64,000 nucleotides of DNA from Pseudogracilibacillus sp. (lineage in GTDB: Bacteria; Bacillota; Bacilli; Bacillales; Amphibacillaceae): the NCBI GenBank assembly GCA_026169505.1, contig JAPFCO010000118.1, positions 1,468 to 65,467 of the forward strand, written 5' to 3'. A program made the position numbers and the translations under genes. Every line of letters starts with the position of its first letter. Positions within the stretch are counted from its first letter, which is position 1. Of this stretch, positions 51,239 to 60,922 are shown one piece after another. The notes under the pieces are model-generated. The model saw nothing but the letters and a program-made list of their open reading frames with translations. It had not been told where the DNA came from and ran no database searches.

Positions 51239-51282
51239 AAAGCAGCCAACAACTCAAATTCATTTGAGTTGTTGGCTGCTTT
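51239..51282. terminator. Strong terminator after the tct/prp module
   Basis: 21-bp perfect IR AAAGCAGCCAACAACTCAAAT. Confidence 0.8.
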
Positions 51283-51311
51283 TTATTTTAATTATAAAAG
51301 TGAATAGTTTA

Positions 51312-51995
51312 TTATAAAGAGAGATAAGAAATTGCTGAAACTGTATTTTGAAGACTACGTTTAATGTGATATCGCATAGCTTTTTCAGCTGCTAGTTCAT
51401 CTTTGTTTATAACACTTTTCAAAATTTCTTCATGTTCTTTTACGGGTACAAATGAGGGGTACTTGGGATCCTTATAAGCACCCAATCGTCTATATCTAGC
51501 TACTCGATTGTTTATTTGATTTAACATATTTCCAGCAGTCACATTTTTACTATATTGTTCCAATAATTTATGAAAGTCACTTCCATAGGACACTACATCA
51601 ATTTGACGTTTAGATTCTGCTGCTTTTCGCATTAAATAAATAATGTCTTGCATCTTATTGATAATGGCTTCATATTCATCTGAATTAGATATATTTATAG
51701 TCGCTTCCCGAGCAATTAAACCTTCAATAACTTCCCTAACCTGAAATATCTCCTTAGCTTCCTGTACAGACATAGGAGAAACATTAATTCTACCAGTTGG
51801 CTTTTTAATTACCAAACCTTCTAATTCTAATCGATATAGCGCTTGACGAAGTGGCGTTCTACTCACCCCTAATTCTTTTGCAAGAGTTATTTCAACTAAA
51901 TGCTCGTTGGGTTCATAAGCTAATTCAATAATACCCTGTTTTAACTTTTCATATACATAATCCTTAGTAGATATATTTCTTATATTCTCATTCAT
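51312..51995 (-). CDS. GntR-family regulator with FCD domain
   Basis: LAKELGVSRTPLRQAL; FH...EH..I...M..H. Confidence 0.9.
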   Translation of the reverse strand: MNENIRNISTKDYVYEKLKQGIIELAYEPNEHLVEITLAKELGVSRTPLRQALYRLELEGLVIKKPTGRINVSPMSVQEAKEIFQVREVIEGLIAREATINISNSDEYEAIINKMQDIIYLMRKAAESKRQIDVVSYGSDFHKLLEQYSKNVTAGNMLNQINNRVARYRRLGAYKDPKYPSFVPVKEHEEILKSVINKDELAAEKAMRYHIKRSLQNTVSAISYLSL

Positions 51996-52027
51996 ACGAA
52001 TCCGCCTTTAATTTCCATTTTATAAAA

Positions 52028-52933
52028 TTACTTAAACAAATCATCTAAATTTGTTTTTGCAATTGTCTCGTCTAATTTTTCATATTCATTATATAAGAGA
52101 GTATCATATAAATCTTGACGTGTCTGCATTTTACTAAGTAAGTGTTGTTGAGTTCCCTTTTTCGCAATTTCTTCATACATATTTTCAATTGCTTTCGCCG
52201 CAATACGTAATGAAGTTACTGGATATATCACAATTTTATATCCCATATCTTCAAATTCTTCAGCAGTGAACATAGGTGTCCTCCCGAATTCAGTCATATT
52301 TGCTAAAAGTGGAAAATCAACCTGACTAGAAAAATTTCTAAAATCTTCTTCCGTCCGTAATGCCTCTGGAAAAATAACATCTGCTCCTGCTTCATAGTAA
52401 GCCTTCGAACGTTCAATTGAACTTTCTAATCCTTCTATTGCATAAGCATCTGTCCTAGCTACAATTACAATATCGGAATCTGCTTCACGTGCAGCGCGGA
52501 TCTTTTGAATCATATCATTCTTAGTAACAAGTTTTTTTCCATTTAAATGACCACACTTTTTGGGCAGTTCTTGATCTTCAATCTGAATAGCTGCTGCACC
52601 AGCATCTACCATTTCATATACTGTTCTTGTTACATTTAAAATACTACCGTACCCTGTATCAACATCTACTAGAATCGGCATTCCAGTTGCTCGAGTAATT
52701 TCTCTAGTTCGATTAGTTAATTCTGTTAAAGTAATAATACCAAGATCAGGCATTCCAAGACTTGCGGTTAATGCCGCTCCAGATAAATAAACTGTTGAAA
52801 ATCCAGCCTTTTTTGCAAGTAATGCTGCCATAGCATCATGTGCACCTGGAATTTTTATTATCTTGTTTGTTTTTAATTCTTCCTTCAATATATTAATAGG
52901 ATTCCTCTGTTTATCTCTTACTAACCAACTCAT
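52028..52933 (-). CDS. prpB: 2-methylisocitrate lyase family (PrpB/MmgF)
   Basis: YLSGA, DVDTGYG, IEDQ..PKKCGH, ARTDA, ANMTEFG. Confidence 0.9.
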   Translation of the reverse strand: MSWLVRDKQRNPINILKEELKTNKIIKIPGAHDAMAALLAKKAGFSTVYLSGAALTASLGMPDLGIITLTELTNRTREITRATGMPILVDVDTGYGSILNVTRTVYEMVDAGAAAIQIEDQELPKKCGHLNGKKLVTKNDMIQKIRAAREADSDIVIVARTDAYAIEGLESSIERSKAYYEAGADVIFPEALRTEEDFRNFSSQVDFPLLANMTEFGRTPMFTAEEFEDMGYKIVIYPVTSLRIAAKAIENMYEEIAKKGTQQHLLSKMQTRQDLYDTLLYNEYEKLDETIAKTNLDDLFK

Positions 52934-52965
52934 ACAAACACATCCTTATTGTTATTTATAACTTT

Positions 52966-54105
52966 TTATTGTGGAACATATAGTGTCCCAGATATTATCT
53001 TTCTAGCAGTACTTTCTAAACCAACATACTCTATGCTTTCTTTGTTTTTACTTTTCTTCACCCTAATTGAGATAACTCCCTCTGGGTGCCCAATTCTTAC
53101 TATTTGGCAATCATCATTATTATTTACTTTGAAAATATTATTTGGTATTGTACCATCTAAAAGTGAGGCACCAGCTAGATTCAATAATCCACTAACTGCA
53201 AAGGTTCTATGCATCTTTTTCATAGATACCATACGTGCTAAAATATCGTATTCTTCCTTTTTAATCCATTTACCTGTAGATGTCTTATAATCTTTAGGAT
53301 CACTTACAAAAGCAACTTTAGGTAATGCAGGATATTTATTTAATGCTTCTTGTAAATCAGCCGCTAACCCACCTTTTACTGCTATATGTTTCCTCACAGC
53401 CTCTAGCGTTTCCATTACATGTGTGTTATTTGCAACTTCATCATTGAGTTCTTTTCCTGTTAAGCCAAGAGAGCTTGCATTCACATACACAAAGGGATTT
53501 ACAATATCACAAAAAGAATATGAACAATTTTTCGCGCCTAGTAATAAAGTATTTTCGGGGGATAAAGGCATTGTTTTCCCTGTTTTTCCTCCCCCTGGTT
53601 TTTCAACATCCACCGTAATTTTTGCTCCAGAATCACTAATACCAGGTAGATGATATTTACCAGTGACTTTTGCTTTTCCATTTTCTAATGGAACTTTTAT
53701 CTTTAAATACTTATTTATATTTGTATTCCAAACTTTAACTATAATAGATTCTGTTTCTTCTGCTAGATCTACCATTCCTTCATCTACTGCAAACGCACCT
53801 ACGGCGGCCATCAAATTTCCACATGTACCTTCATAATCAATTATGGTACTGCCTATACCTAATTGAACGAATGTATAATTCACGTCAGCATTAGGATGCT
53901 CACTCCTATCTATAATAACTACCTTACTAGTATGAGAAGTTCCACCACCTAGCCCATTAACGTGTGAATGATCTTCCGCACCAATGCCTTTTAAAAATAT
54001 TTTTTCTCTTAATACTTCTTCTTTTGGTAAATCTCCTTCATGAAAGAATAGTCCTCTACTAGTTCCTCCCCTATAAACAACACAGGGCACCGTGATTTGG
54101 GGCAT
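52966..54105 (-). CDS. prpF: PrpF-family isomerase
   Basis: RGGTSRG, GLGGG.SHTSK, CGN, GHPEG, TAR.I. Confidence 0.9.
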   Translation of the reverse strand: MPQITVPCVVYRGGTSRGLFFHEGDLPKEEVLREKIFLKGIGAEDHSHVNGLGGGTSHTSKVVIIDRSEHPNADVNYTFVQLGIGSTIIDYEGTCGNLMAAVGAFAVDEGMVDLAEETESIIVKVWNTNINKYLKIKVPLENGKAKVTGKYHLPGISDSGAKITVDVEKPGGGKTGKTMPLSPENTLLLGAKNCSYSFCDIVNPFVYVNASSLGLTGKELNDEVANNTHVMETLEAVRKHIAVKGGLAADLQEALNKYPALPKVAFVSDPKDYKTSTGKWIKKEEYDILARMVSMKKMHRTFAVSGLLNLAGASLLDGTIPNNIFKVNNNDDCQIVRIGHPEGVISIRVKKSKNKESIEYVGLESTARKIISGTLYVPQ

Positions 54106-54184
54106 TTTAACATCTCACTTTCTGATTTATTTAATTTGCAGAAACCTTTTTATAATTAGTTAGTATCCTGCTCAATAATATATA

Positions 54185-54685
54185 TCACATAAGGAAATAC
54201 TTAATCATTACTGGTAAAACTAATACTAAAATAGAAACTCTAAACAAGTGCATCAACATTACAACCTGTTCATCCACATTTATCTCCTCTACTATATTTG
54301 AAATTTCACTCATCCCAGCTGGTATACTGCCAGTTAAAACGGTGAGCCAACTAAAGTGGAAAAGCCTAGAGATAATAAAAGCAACTATAAATGCAAATAT
54401 AAGATGAATGATAGTTGCAATTAAACCTGGTACTAAAAATTCTAAAAACAACGTTCCAATTTGTGGTTGTAGATTTAGTCCGACTAATCCACCAATCACC
54501 ATTTGAACCTTTTGCTTGTATTTCTTTTCCATAGGTAAGACTTCCAAGCCACAAATCTTAGCCGTTGCTATCGCAATAAAACTACCTACGAGAACCCCCA
54601 TAGGTAAATTTAATATGAATCCTAAATAACCACCTACACATGCTAGAATAATAACAACAACTATCTTTTTTATATTCTGTTTCAT
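54185..54685 (-). CDS. Membrane AbrB-family protein, single-repeat half
   Basis: GG.LG..L.LP.G.L.GS, IPAGMSE, MHLFRV. Confidence 0.8.
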   Translation of the reverse strand: MKQNIKKIVVVIILACVGGYLGFILNLPMGVLVGSFIAIATAKICGLEVLPMEKKYKQKVQMVIGGLVGLNLQPQIGTLFLEFLVPGLIATIIHLIFAFIVAFIISRLFHFSWLTVLTGSIPAGMSEISNIVEEINVDEQVVMLMHLFRVSILVLVLPVMIKYFLM

Positions 54686-55185
54686 AATAGTTTTTCTTTC
54701 ATTTCAAATAGTTTTAACATCCATCTGAGTGTTAGCATTAATAATACAAATCGAATGATATGCATTATTACCACAGCTTGTGTATCCACCTCAATTGAAG
54801 TTGCTAAGGTTAACATTTCGGCTATTCCACCTGGCGCAAATGCAATCAAACCAGTAACAAGCGGTAAAAATCCAACCCATTTGAAAATTATTGCAATAAT
54901 AAAAGCAGAAAGAACGCTTCCTAAGCCTACCAAAATAAAACTTAATAATTGTTTGAAAGGAAGATTTAATATTTCTTTAGTGAACATTAACCCTATCATT
55001 ATTCCTAGTGCAATTTTTGAAGCAGTTCGTAAAATAGGAGATATAGCTTCTAAAGGATAGAGATTGAAAATACTTATTATCCCTATAAATATCATTGAAC
55101 CTAACAGAGCTCCTGCAGGTAGTTTTAATTTGATTCCAATTGTCCCACCTACATAAGCAAATAATAAAAACACAATCGTATCCAT
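54682..55185 (-). CDS. Membrane AbrB-family protein, single-repeat half
   Basis: LKLPAGALLGSM, APGGIAEM, MHIIRF. Confidence 0.8.
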   Translation of the reverse strand: MDTIVFLLFAYVGGTIGIKLKLPAGALLGSMIFIGIISIFNLYPLEAISPILRTASKIALGIMIGLMFTKEILNLPFKQLLSFILVGLGSVLSAFIIAIIFKWVGFLPLVTGLIAFAPGGIAEMLTLATSIEVDTQAVVIMHIIRFVLLMLTLRWMLKLFEMKEKLL

Positions 55186-55217
55186 TCTTATTTCTCCCTA
55201 CTTGTAAAGTAAGTGTA

Positions 55218-56717
55218 TTAGGTAACTTTTCTTTTTTTATTGTATTGCTCCATAATTATTGGTAATGATACTCCTACCACGGTAATAATAATTAATATGA
55301 GACTTACAGGTCTGGTGAAAAACGCCGTGAGTGTTTCACTACCATGAAGTTGCACACTTTTTATTAATTCTCCATCAGCAATTGGACCAAGAATAAGCCC
55401 TAATACTACAGCTATAACTGGATATTTGTTTCTTCGTAAATACCAACCAATAATTCCAAAAATAAATACTATAAATGCATCAAATAATAGATTACGGGTT
55501 GCAAATGCACCTATTAAAGCAAATACAATTATTATCGGAATTAAGATACGATTAGGTATATTTATTATTCGGCCTGCCCCTAGGGATACTCCTCCACCTA
55601 TAAGAATCAAAAATAGTAATCCAACAAGCATAGAGAAAATAATACCATATAAGATAACACTATGATCAATAAATAAACGTGGGCCTGGAACCCAACCTTG
55701 CATGATTATTGCACCAAGTAACATTGCAGTTGAGGCGCTCCCAGGAATTCCAAGAACTAGCATTGTTGCAAGTGCTCCACCTTCAGATGCATTATTAGCA
55801 GTTTCTGCTGCTACAACTCCCTCGGGATTGCCCTTTCCAAATTTATCTTTACTTTTTGAAAATCTTTTCGCTTCATTATAACTTAACAAACTAGCAATAG
55901 TTGAACCTGCAGCCGGTAAAGCACCTACGAACACACCAATCGAACTGGAACGTAAAACATTAAAAGGGTACTTAAAAACTTCTTTCATACCTTTAAGCAT
56001 TTCTTTTGTTAAACCTTGATTTGATGTGTTTTTAGTTACAAAATTTTTGTCTGCTAAAAAGAATAATTCTGATACCGCGAACAATCCAATTAAAGCAGGT
56101 ATCATTGGAATTCCGTCTAACAAATATACATTTCCAAAAGTACCACGCATTGCACCTGTACTTGTCATTCCTACTGTTCCTAACAAAACGCCAAATAAAC
56201 CTGCATACATTGATTTAGTAAAGCCACCTTCTTGAACGGAGGCTATAATCGTTAAACCAAATACCGCTACAAGAAACATTTCTGTTGGTCCGAATTTTAA
56301 AGCAAAAGAGGCTAATGGTTGAATTATGATTAGAAGTACGATCCCCCCAATCAATCCACCTATAGATGAAGAAGCGACAGCAAGCCCTAATGCTCTTCCT
56401 GATTCTCCAGCCTTTGTCATTGGATAGCCATCTAAAGTTGTTGCTACTGCTGCTGGAGAACCTGGAGTATTTATCAAAACCGCAGTAATTGCTCCACCAA
56501 ATAGACCACCAGTATAAATTGCAATTAGAAATACGAACGCAGGTAAAGGGTCCATTGTAAATGTAACTGGAAGCATTAAAGCTATACCTAAAGAACCAGT
56601 TAAACCGGGAATAGCTCCTAAAATCACTCCTAATAAAAGACCTAAAATAATTAGTAGAAAATTAAACCAATCCATAAATAGAACTATACCTTCAAATAAT
56701 GCCTGTAAATCTATCAA
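55218..56717 (-). CDS. tctA: Tripartite tricarboxylate transporter large subunit
   Basis: GAIPGL, NTPGSP, DGYPM, ETANNA, LGIPGS. Confidence 0.93.
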   Translation of the reverse strand: MIDLQALFEGIVLFMDWFNFLLIILGLLLGVILGAIPGLTGSLGIALMLPVTFTMDPLPAFVFLIAIYTGGLFGGAITAVLINTPGSPAAVATTLDGYPMTKAGESGRALGLAVASSSIGGLIGGIVLLIIIQPLASFALKFGPTEMFLVAVFGLTIIASVQEGGFTKSMYAGLFGVLLGTVGMTSTGAMRGTFGNVYLLDGIPMIPALIGLFAVSELFFLADKNFVTKNTSNQGLTKEMLKGMKEVFKYPFNVLRSSSIGVFVGALPAAGSTIASLLSYNEAKRFSKSKDKFGKGNPEGVVAAETANNASEGGALATMLVLGIPGSASTAMLLGAIIMQGWVPGPRLFIDHSVILYGIIFSMLVGLLFLILIGGGVSLGAGRIINIPNRILIPIIIVFALIGAFATRNLLFDAFIVFIFGIIGWYLRRNKYPVIAVVLGLILGPIADGELIKSVQLHGSETLTAFFTRPVSLILIIITVVGVSLPIIMEQYNKKRKVT

Positions 56718-57266
56718 TTAAAACACCTCCTGTAGCAACAATCCTTGTGGGAGTGGAATTCCCAGCAAGTTATTGAACAATATATAAAGTAGAATCGTAA
56801 ACACTATTGGTAAAATAATTAATATCTTTTTGGATGTTGTACCCAAAATCAACATTAGAATTGGCATATATATAATTGTTGTTATTATAAAACCTAAATA
56901 ATTCATTATTACTAAATAAAGAAACGTTGACAACATAAAGTAAAAAATCCTTTTGTTTAATCTTGCTGAAGTTTCTTCGTCATCAGATTCTTCTCCTTGT
57001 TGATCCGTTAGGTTTACGTCGTCTAATAGTTGTTCAGTTATACCTGCTTTTTCACTAGTTTTATTGTTTTTCTCTCTCCATTCTTGCCATATTATTATTG
57101 GATAAAGTAAGATAATTATCCATATTACTGAATTCACTAGTAGTTTATCCTCAGGGTTATTCAACGAACTCACATCAATAAAATATAACAATGTAAGGAT
57201 CAGAATCCCCGTAGCAACAATAATTTTATGAGAAAAAACGGTAAATATCTTTCCTTGCTTTTTCAA
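56718..57266 (-). CDS. tctB: Tripartite tricarboxylate transporter small subunit
   Basis: LGFII.T and F..LL..PLP.G motifs; lies between tctC and tctA. Confidence 0.82.
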   Translation of the reverse strand: MKKQGKIFTVFSHKIIVATGILILTLLYFIDVSSLNNPEDKLLVNSVIWIIILLYPIIIWQEWREKNNKTSEKAGITEQLLDDVNLTDQQGEESDDEETSARLNKRIFYFMLSTFLYLVIMNYLGFIITTIIYMPILMLILGTTSKKILIILPIVFTILLYILFNNLLGIPLPQGLLLQEVF

Positions 57267-57350
57267 AAAATCCCTCCTCCTAATTCGTTCCTCGAATTTT
57301 ATATAAAAGCCATGAATATATTTTCATTTTATATCATGGCTTTTTCATAG

Positions 57351-58358
57351 TTAATCTTGCATATTCTCCTTATATTCATCTAGTAAGTCATGTAAAGACT
57401 GATTTAATTCATCACTCTCTTCTGGTCCACGAAACTCACTAACTTCTTGTGCGTTATTATCTTCTATAAAACTCTGGTACTCTTCACTTTCAAAAATATT
57501 TGCGTACGCATCTGTTAACATTTCAAATAGTTCCGGATGATTCTCTTTAAATGTAGCATGGGTAGCTAAAAATCGAACAGAACCAACTAAAGGTAGTTCC
57601 ACATCGTAATTTTCTAATACATCGTTAATAGGTTCAGCATCTGGCCATAAGTCCATTTTTTCCTCTGAAGCTACTGCTAGTACTCTTGCATTATCTGCAA
57701 TCGCATTATCTCCGAGTGCATTACCAATCATAAAATCCACATGTTCTCCAAGAAGCGCATTACGCATTTCACCGCCACCTTCATAGAATACAGGTTTAAA
57801 TGAAGTGTCCAATTCTTCATCAAGTAATACTCCAGTTAAATGTAGCGGACCTCCATGTACAGTGGAGTAAGTGATTTCCCCCGGATTTTCTATTGCATCA
57901 TCAATAAGATCCTCGAATGTTTCATATGGGGAATTCTTATGAACCGTTATTGTAATCGGATCAAATTGTTCAATGTTGACCATTGAAAAATCTTCAATAT
58001 CATAACTAGCATCCTGTAACAAGATACTTGCGCTTAGATATAATTGAGTTCCTCCAAATAAAACAGATCCATCATCCTTTTCATTTTGAAATGCTGTAGT
58101 CCCCACCTCAGTTGCTGCACCAGGACGATTATCTATTTGAATAGTTGTATCCAATTCTTGCTCCAATTCCTTTGCTAGGACTCGCATCATACTATCTAAA
58201 CTTCCACCAGCATCGAAAGGAAGGATAAGTGTCGTATTCTCATGTGGCCACTCCTGATCTCCATCTTCCCCTTTTTTTGTATCCTGATCAGTTCCACAAC
58301 CTACTAAAATAAAGATAAACAATATTGCTATTATGCCTTTAAGTTTTACCGCCTTCAT
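57351..58358 (-). CDS. tctC: TctC/Bug substrate-binding lipoprotein
   Basis: Lipobox LVGC; WP....PFDAGGSLD, NRPGA, YEGGG. Confidence 0.9.
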   Translation of the reverse strand: MKAVKLKGIIAILFIFILVGCGTDQDTKKGEDGDQEWPHENTTLILPFDAGGSLDSMMRVLAKELEQELDTTIQIDNRPGAATEVGTTAFQNEKDDGSVLFGGTQLYLSASILLQDASYDIEDFSMVNIEQFDPITITVHKNSPYETFEDLIDDAIENPGEITYSTVHGGPLHLTGVLLDEELDTSFKPVFYEGGGEMRNALLGEHVDFMIGNALGDNAIADNARVLAVASEEKMDLWPDAEPINDVLENYDVELPLVGSVRFLATHATFKENHPELFEMLTDAYANIFESEEYQSFIEDNNAQEVSEFRGPEESDELNQSLHDLLDEYKENMQD

Positions 58359-58387
58359 TTAAACCCTCCTCGTTTATTTAACAGTAT

Positions 58388-58401
58388 TGAAAGTGCTTTC
58401 A
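58388..58401. promoter_or_regulatory. Putative CcpA cre site
   Basis: TGAAAGTGCTTTCA upstream of tctC. Confidence 0.5.
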
Positions 58402-58473
58402 ATTCTAATTGAATTATATATCCCCCCCTCTTAAAATCAGAATTAAGGTGAAAAACTAATAATTTAATACATC

Positions 58474-58523
58474 ATAACATACATTTTGTTTAATTGTATA
58501 CAATTAAACAAAATGTATGTTAT
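58474..58523. repeat. 50-bp perfect spacer-less palindrome centred on TTGTATACAA
   Basis: ATAACATACATTTTGTTTAATTGTA|TACAATTAAACAAAATGTATGTTAT. Confidence 0.95.
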
Positions 58524-59328
58524 CAGGATATTGTAATAGATTTTTAAGTTGAATAGTTTTATTCCCATATCAATAGCGCTCTCACACTGATATTATGTCT
58601 TGTGTTTTTATATTTATTTTTTTAAAATAAGTTACATTGTTATAAATATCAAGATAAGAATGTACAATTGTACATTCCTAAACTATCATTTATACATTGT
58701 CACCTGTTGCTTGAATATTGCATTTGATTTGTACCAATCTTGCGGTCGTTTTACCAATGATCTCGGAGTAATTTACCAATCATAATAAAATCTCCTATGT
58801 ACTAAATGAGCATGCCAATAATTTATCGACGCAGCATTAAGTATATAGAAGGTTTTTAGTATGGATACATATCGGATGATCTTGGAATTGCATGCAAAAT
58901 ATCGCTATGATTACACAACATTCCCATCAGAAAAACACAGAAATAGTAGAACTGGTGAAAATTGCGAACAGAATATAGTAGATCAATAAAAAAATGCCCT
59001 GATCAATCAAGTTATAGTCATGAATGATCAATAGACAGTGTCTAGTTTCAATTACGCATTCGTTATAATTTATGTTCATTAAATGATTAGAAATCATTCA
59101 TGAAGCGAGATATTATGTATGTTATGACGAAAACAGAACAAATATCATTTTATAAAGGTGGTTTGTTGGAAATGAAGAAGATGACAAAAGAAATAGCGAC
59201 AGAAGCGATATTTAACCATAAATAAACCCTCCTATATAATGAGTTCATACTAGATTAATAGTATGTGTCACCATTACACAAAAGGGTTTCAAGTGTAACT
59301 ATTAAATTGAAGGTTTATGGTTGGAGAG

Positions 59329-59409
59329 TGGAGCAGCTCCCGCACTGATGGAGCTATTATTCGCGCTTGGTGGGGTTAAATTCCGCAGGACTGGAGCTTT
59401 CGCTCCGCA
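59329..59409. repeat. Degenerate ~21-bp tandem repeat (4 units)
   Basis: Units begin TGGAGC/TGGGGT and contain CCGCA/CGCG; starts at 59329, 59349, 59371 and 59392. Confidence 0.6.
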
Positions 59410-59591
59410 ATAATCACTTCGGAGTTAGAAAGACTCATTTACTATTTTTATAATGTAGGATTTAACCACCCATACATCTTGCAACTCAAATAGTGGAACC
59501 TTTATTATAATACTTCCTAAATCATCCTAAATTTATCAGCAAAAAAGACCTGCTTCATAACAGGCCTTCTATCTACATGATAAATATTTAA

Positions 59592-60758
59592 TTAATCTCT
59601 ACTAAATAAATCCCTCGTATAAACCTTCTCCTGCACATCTTTAATTTCTTCCGACAAACGATTTGCGACGATCACATCACTTACTCGTTTGAACGCCTCG
59701 AAATCCTTCACAACACGTAAGCCATCAAATTCATCTTCTTCTACTACTGGTTCATAGACAACTACTTCTATTCCAGCTGCTTTCACTCGTTCAATGACAC
59801 CTTGAATGGCAGATTGTCTGAAGTTATCTGAACCTGTTTTCATCGTAAGACGGTAAATTCCGACTGTCTCTGGTTTACGCACCGCAATCATTGTAGCAAT
59901 ATGATCTTTCCTTGTGTCATTCGAATCCACAATTGCTTGGATGATATTATTAGGTATGCCTTCGTAGTTCGCGAGCATTTGTTTCGTGTCTTTTGGTAAG
60001 CAGTACCCACCATAACCGAAGGATGGATTGTTGTAATGATCACCAATTCGTGGATCATGACCAAGTCCTTCCACTATTTGTTTCGTGTCTAAGTCTTTCA
60101 CTTCCGCATACGTATCCAACTCATTGAAGAACGATACACGCATTGCTAAGTATGTGTTCGCAAATAATTTAATTGCTTCTGCTTCCGTTGAATCTGTAAA
60201 CAACATTGGAATATTTTGTTTCACTGCACCTTCTGCTAATAGAGTAGCAAAACGTTCTGCTCGTTCTGACTTCTCTCCAACGATAATACGTGATGGATGT
60301 AAATTATCAAATAGAGCTTGTCCTTCACGTAAAAACTCTGGTGAAAACATAATATTTTCCGTATTAAATTTCTCGCGCACTTCTTTCGTATAGCCAACCG
60401 GAATCGTTGATTTAATGACCATTGTTGCATCCGGATTAATCGCTAATACATTTTCAATCACTGTTTCTACACTACTTGTATTAAAGTAATTTTGTTCTGG
60501 ATCATAATTCGTTGGTGTTGAAATGATAACGAATTCCGCGTCTGTAAAAGCTTCCATAATATCTGTTGTTGCTCGTAAATTCAATGCTTTTGTTTCTAAG
60601 TAATCTTCAATTTCATTGTCTGCAATTGGTGACTGCTTCTTATTGATGAGGTCAACCTTTTCTTCTATAATATCTAACGCCACAACTTCATGATGTTGTG
60701 CGAGTAAAACGGCATTGGATAAGCCCACGTAACCTGTACCAGCGACTGCGATTTTCAT
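59592..60758 (-). CDS. ugd: UDP-glucose 6-dehydrogenase
   Basis: [40 protein letters not shown]. Confidence 0.95.
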   Translation of the reverse strand: MKIAVAGTGYVGLSNAVLLAQHHEVVALDIIEEKVDLINKKQSPIADNEIEDYLETKALNLRATTDIMEAFTDAEFVIISTPTNYDPEQNYFNTSSVETVIENVLAINPDATMVIKSTIPVGYTKEVREKFNTENIMFSPEFLREGQALFDNLHPSRIIVGEKSERAERFATLLAEGAVKQNIPMLFTDSTEAEAIKLFANTYLAMRVSFFNELDTYAEVKDLDTKQIVEGLGHDPRIGDHYNNPSFGYGGYCLPKDTKQMLANYEGIPNNIIQAIVDSNDTRKDHIATMIAVRKPETVGIYRLTMKTGSDNFRQSAIQGVIERVKAAGIEVVVYEPVVEEDEFDGLRVVKDFEAFKRVSDVIVANRLSEEIKDVQEKVYTRDLFSRD

Positions 60759-60922
60759 AAATGTGCCTCCTCTAAAAACCCCTTACGTTTTAATTATACA
60801 AAAAAAGCTCCAATATTAATACTGGAGCGTATGATAATCGTATTATATACCTATTTTTTAAATAAATATCAAACCTATAGCAAGTATTAATTCGTATAGT
60901 AGTTAATTAATTTAAAATAAGA

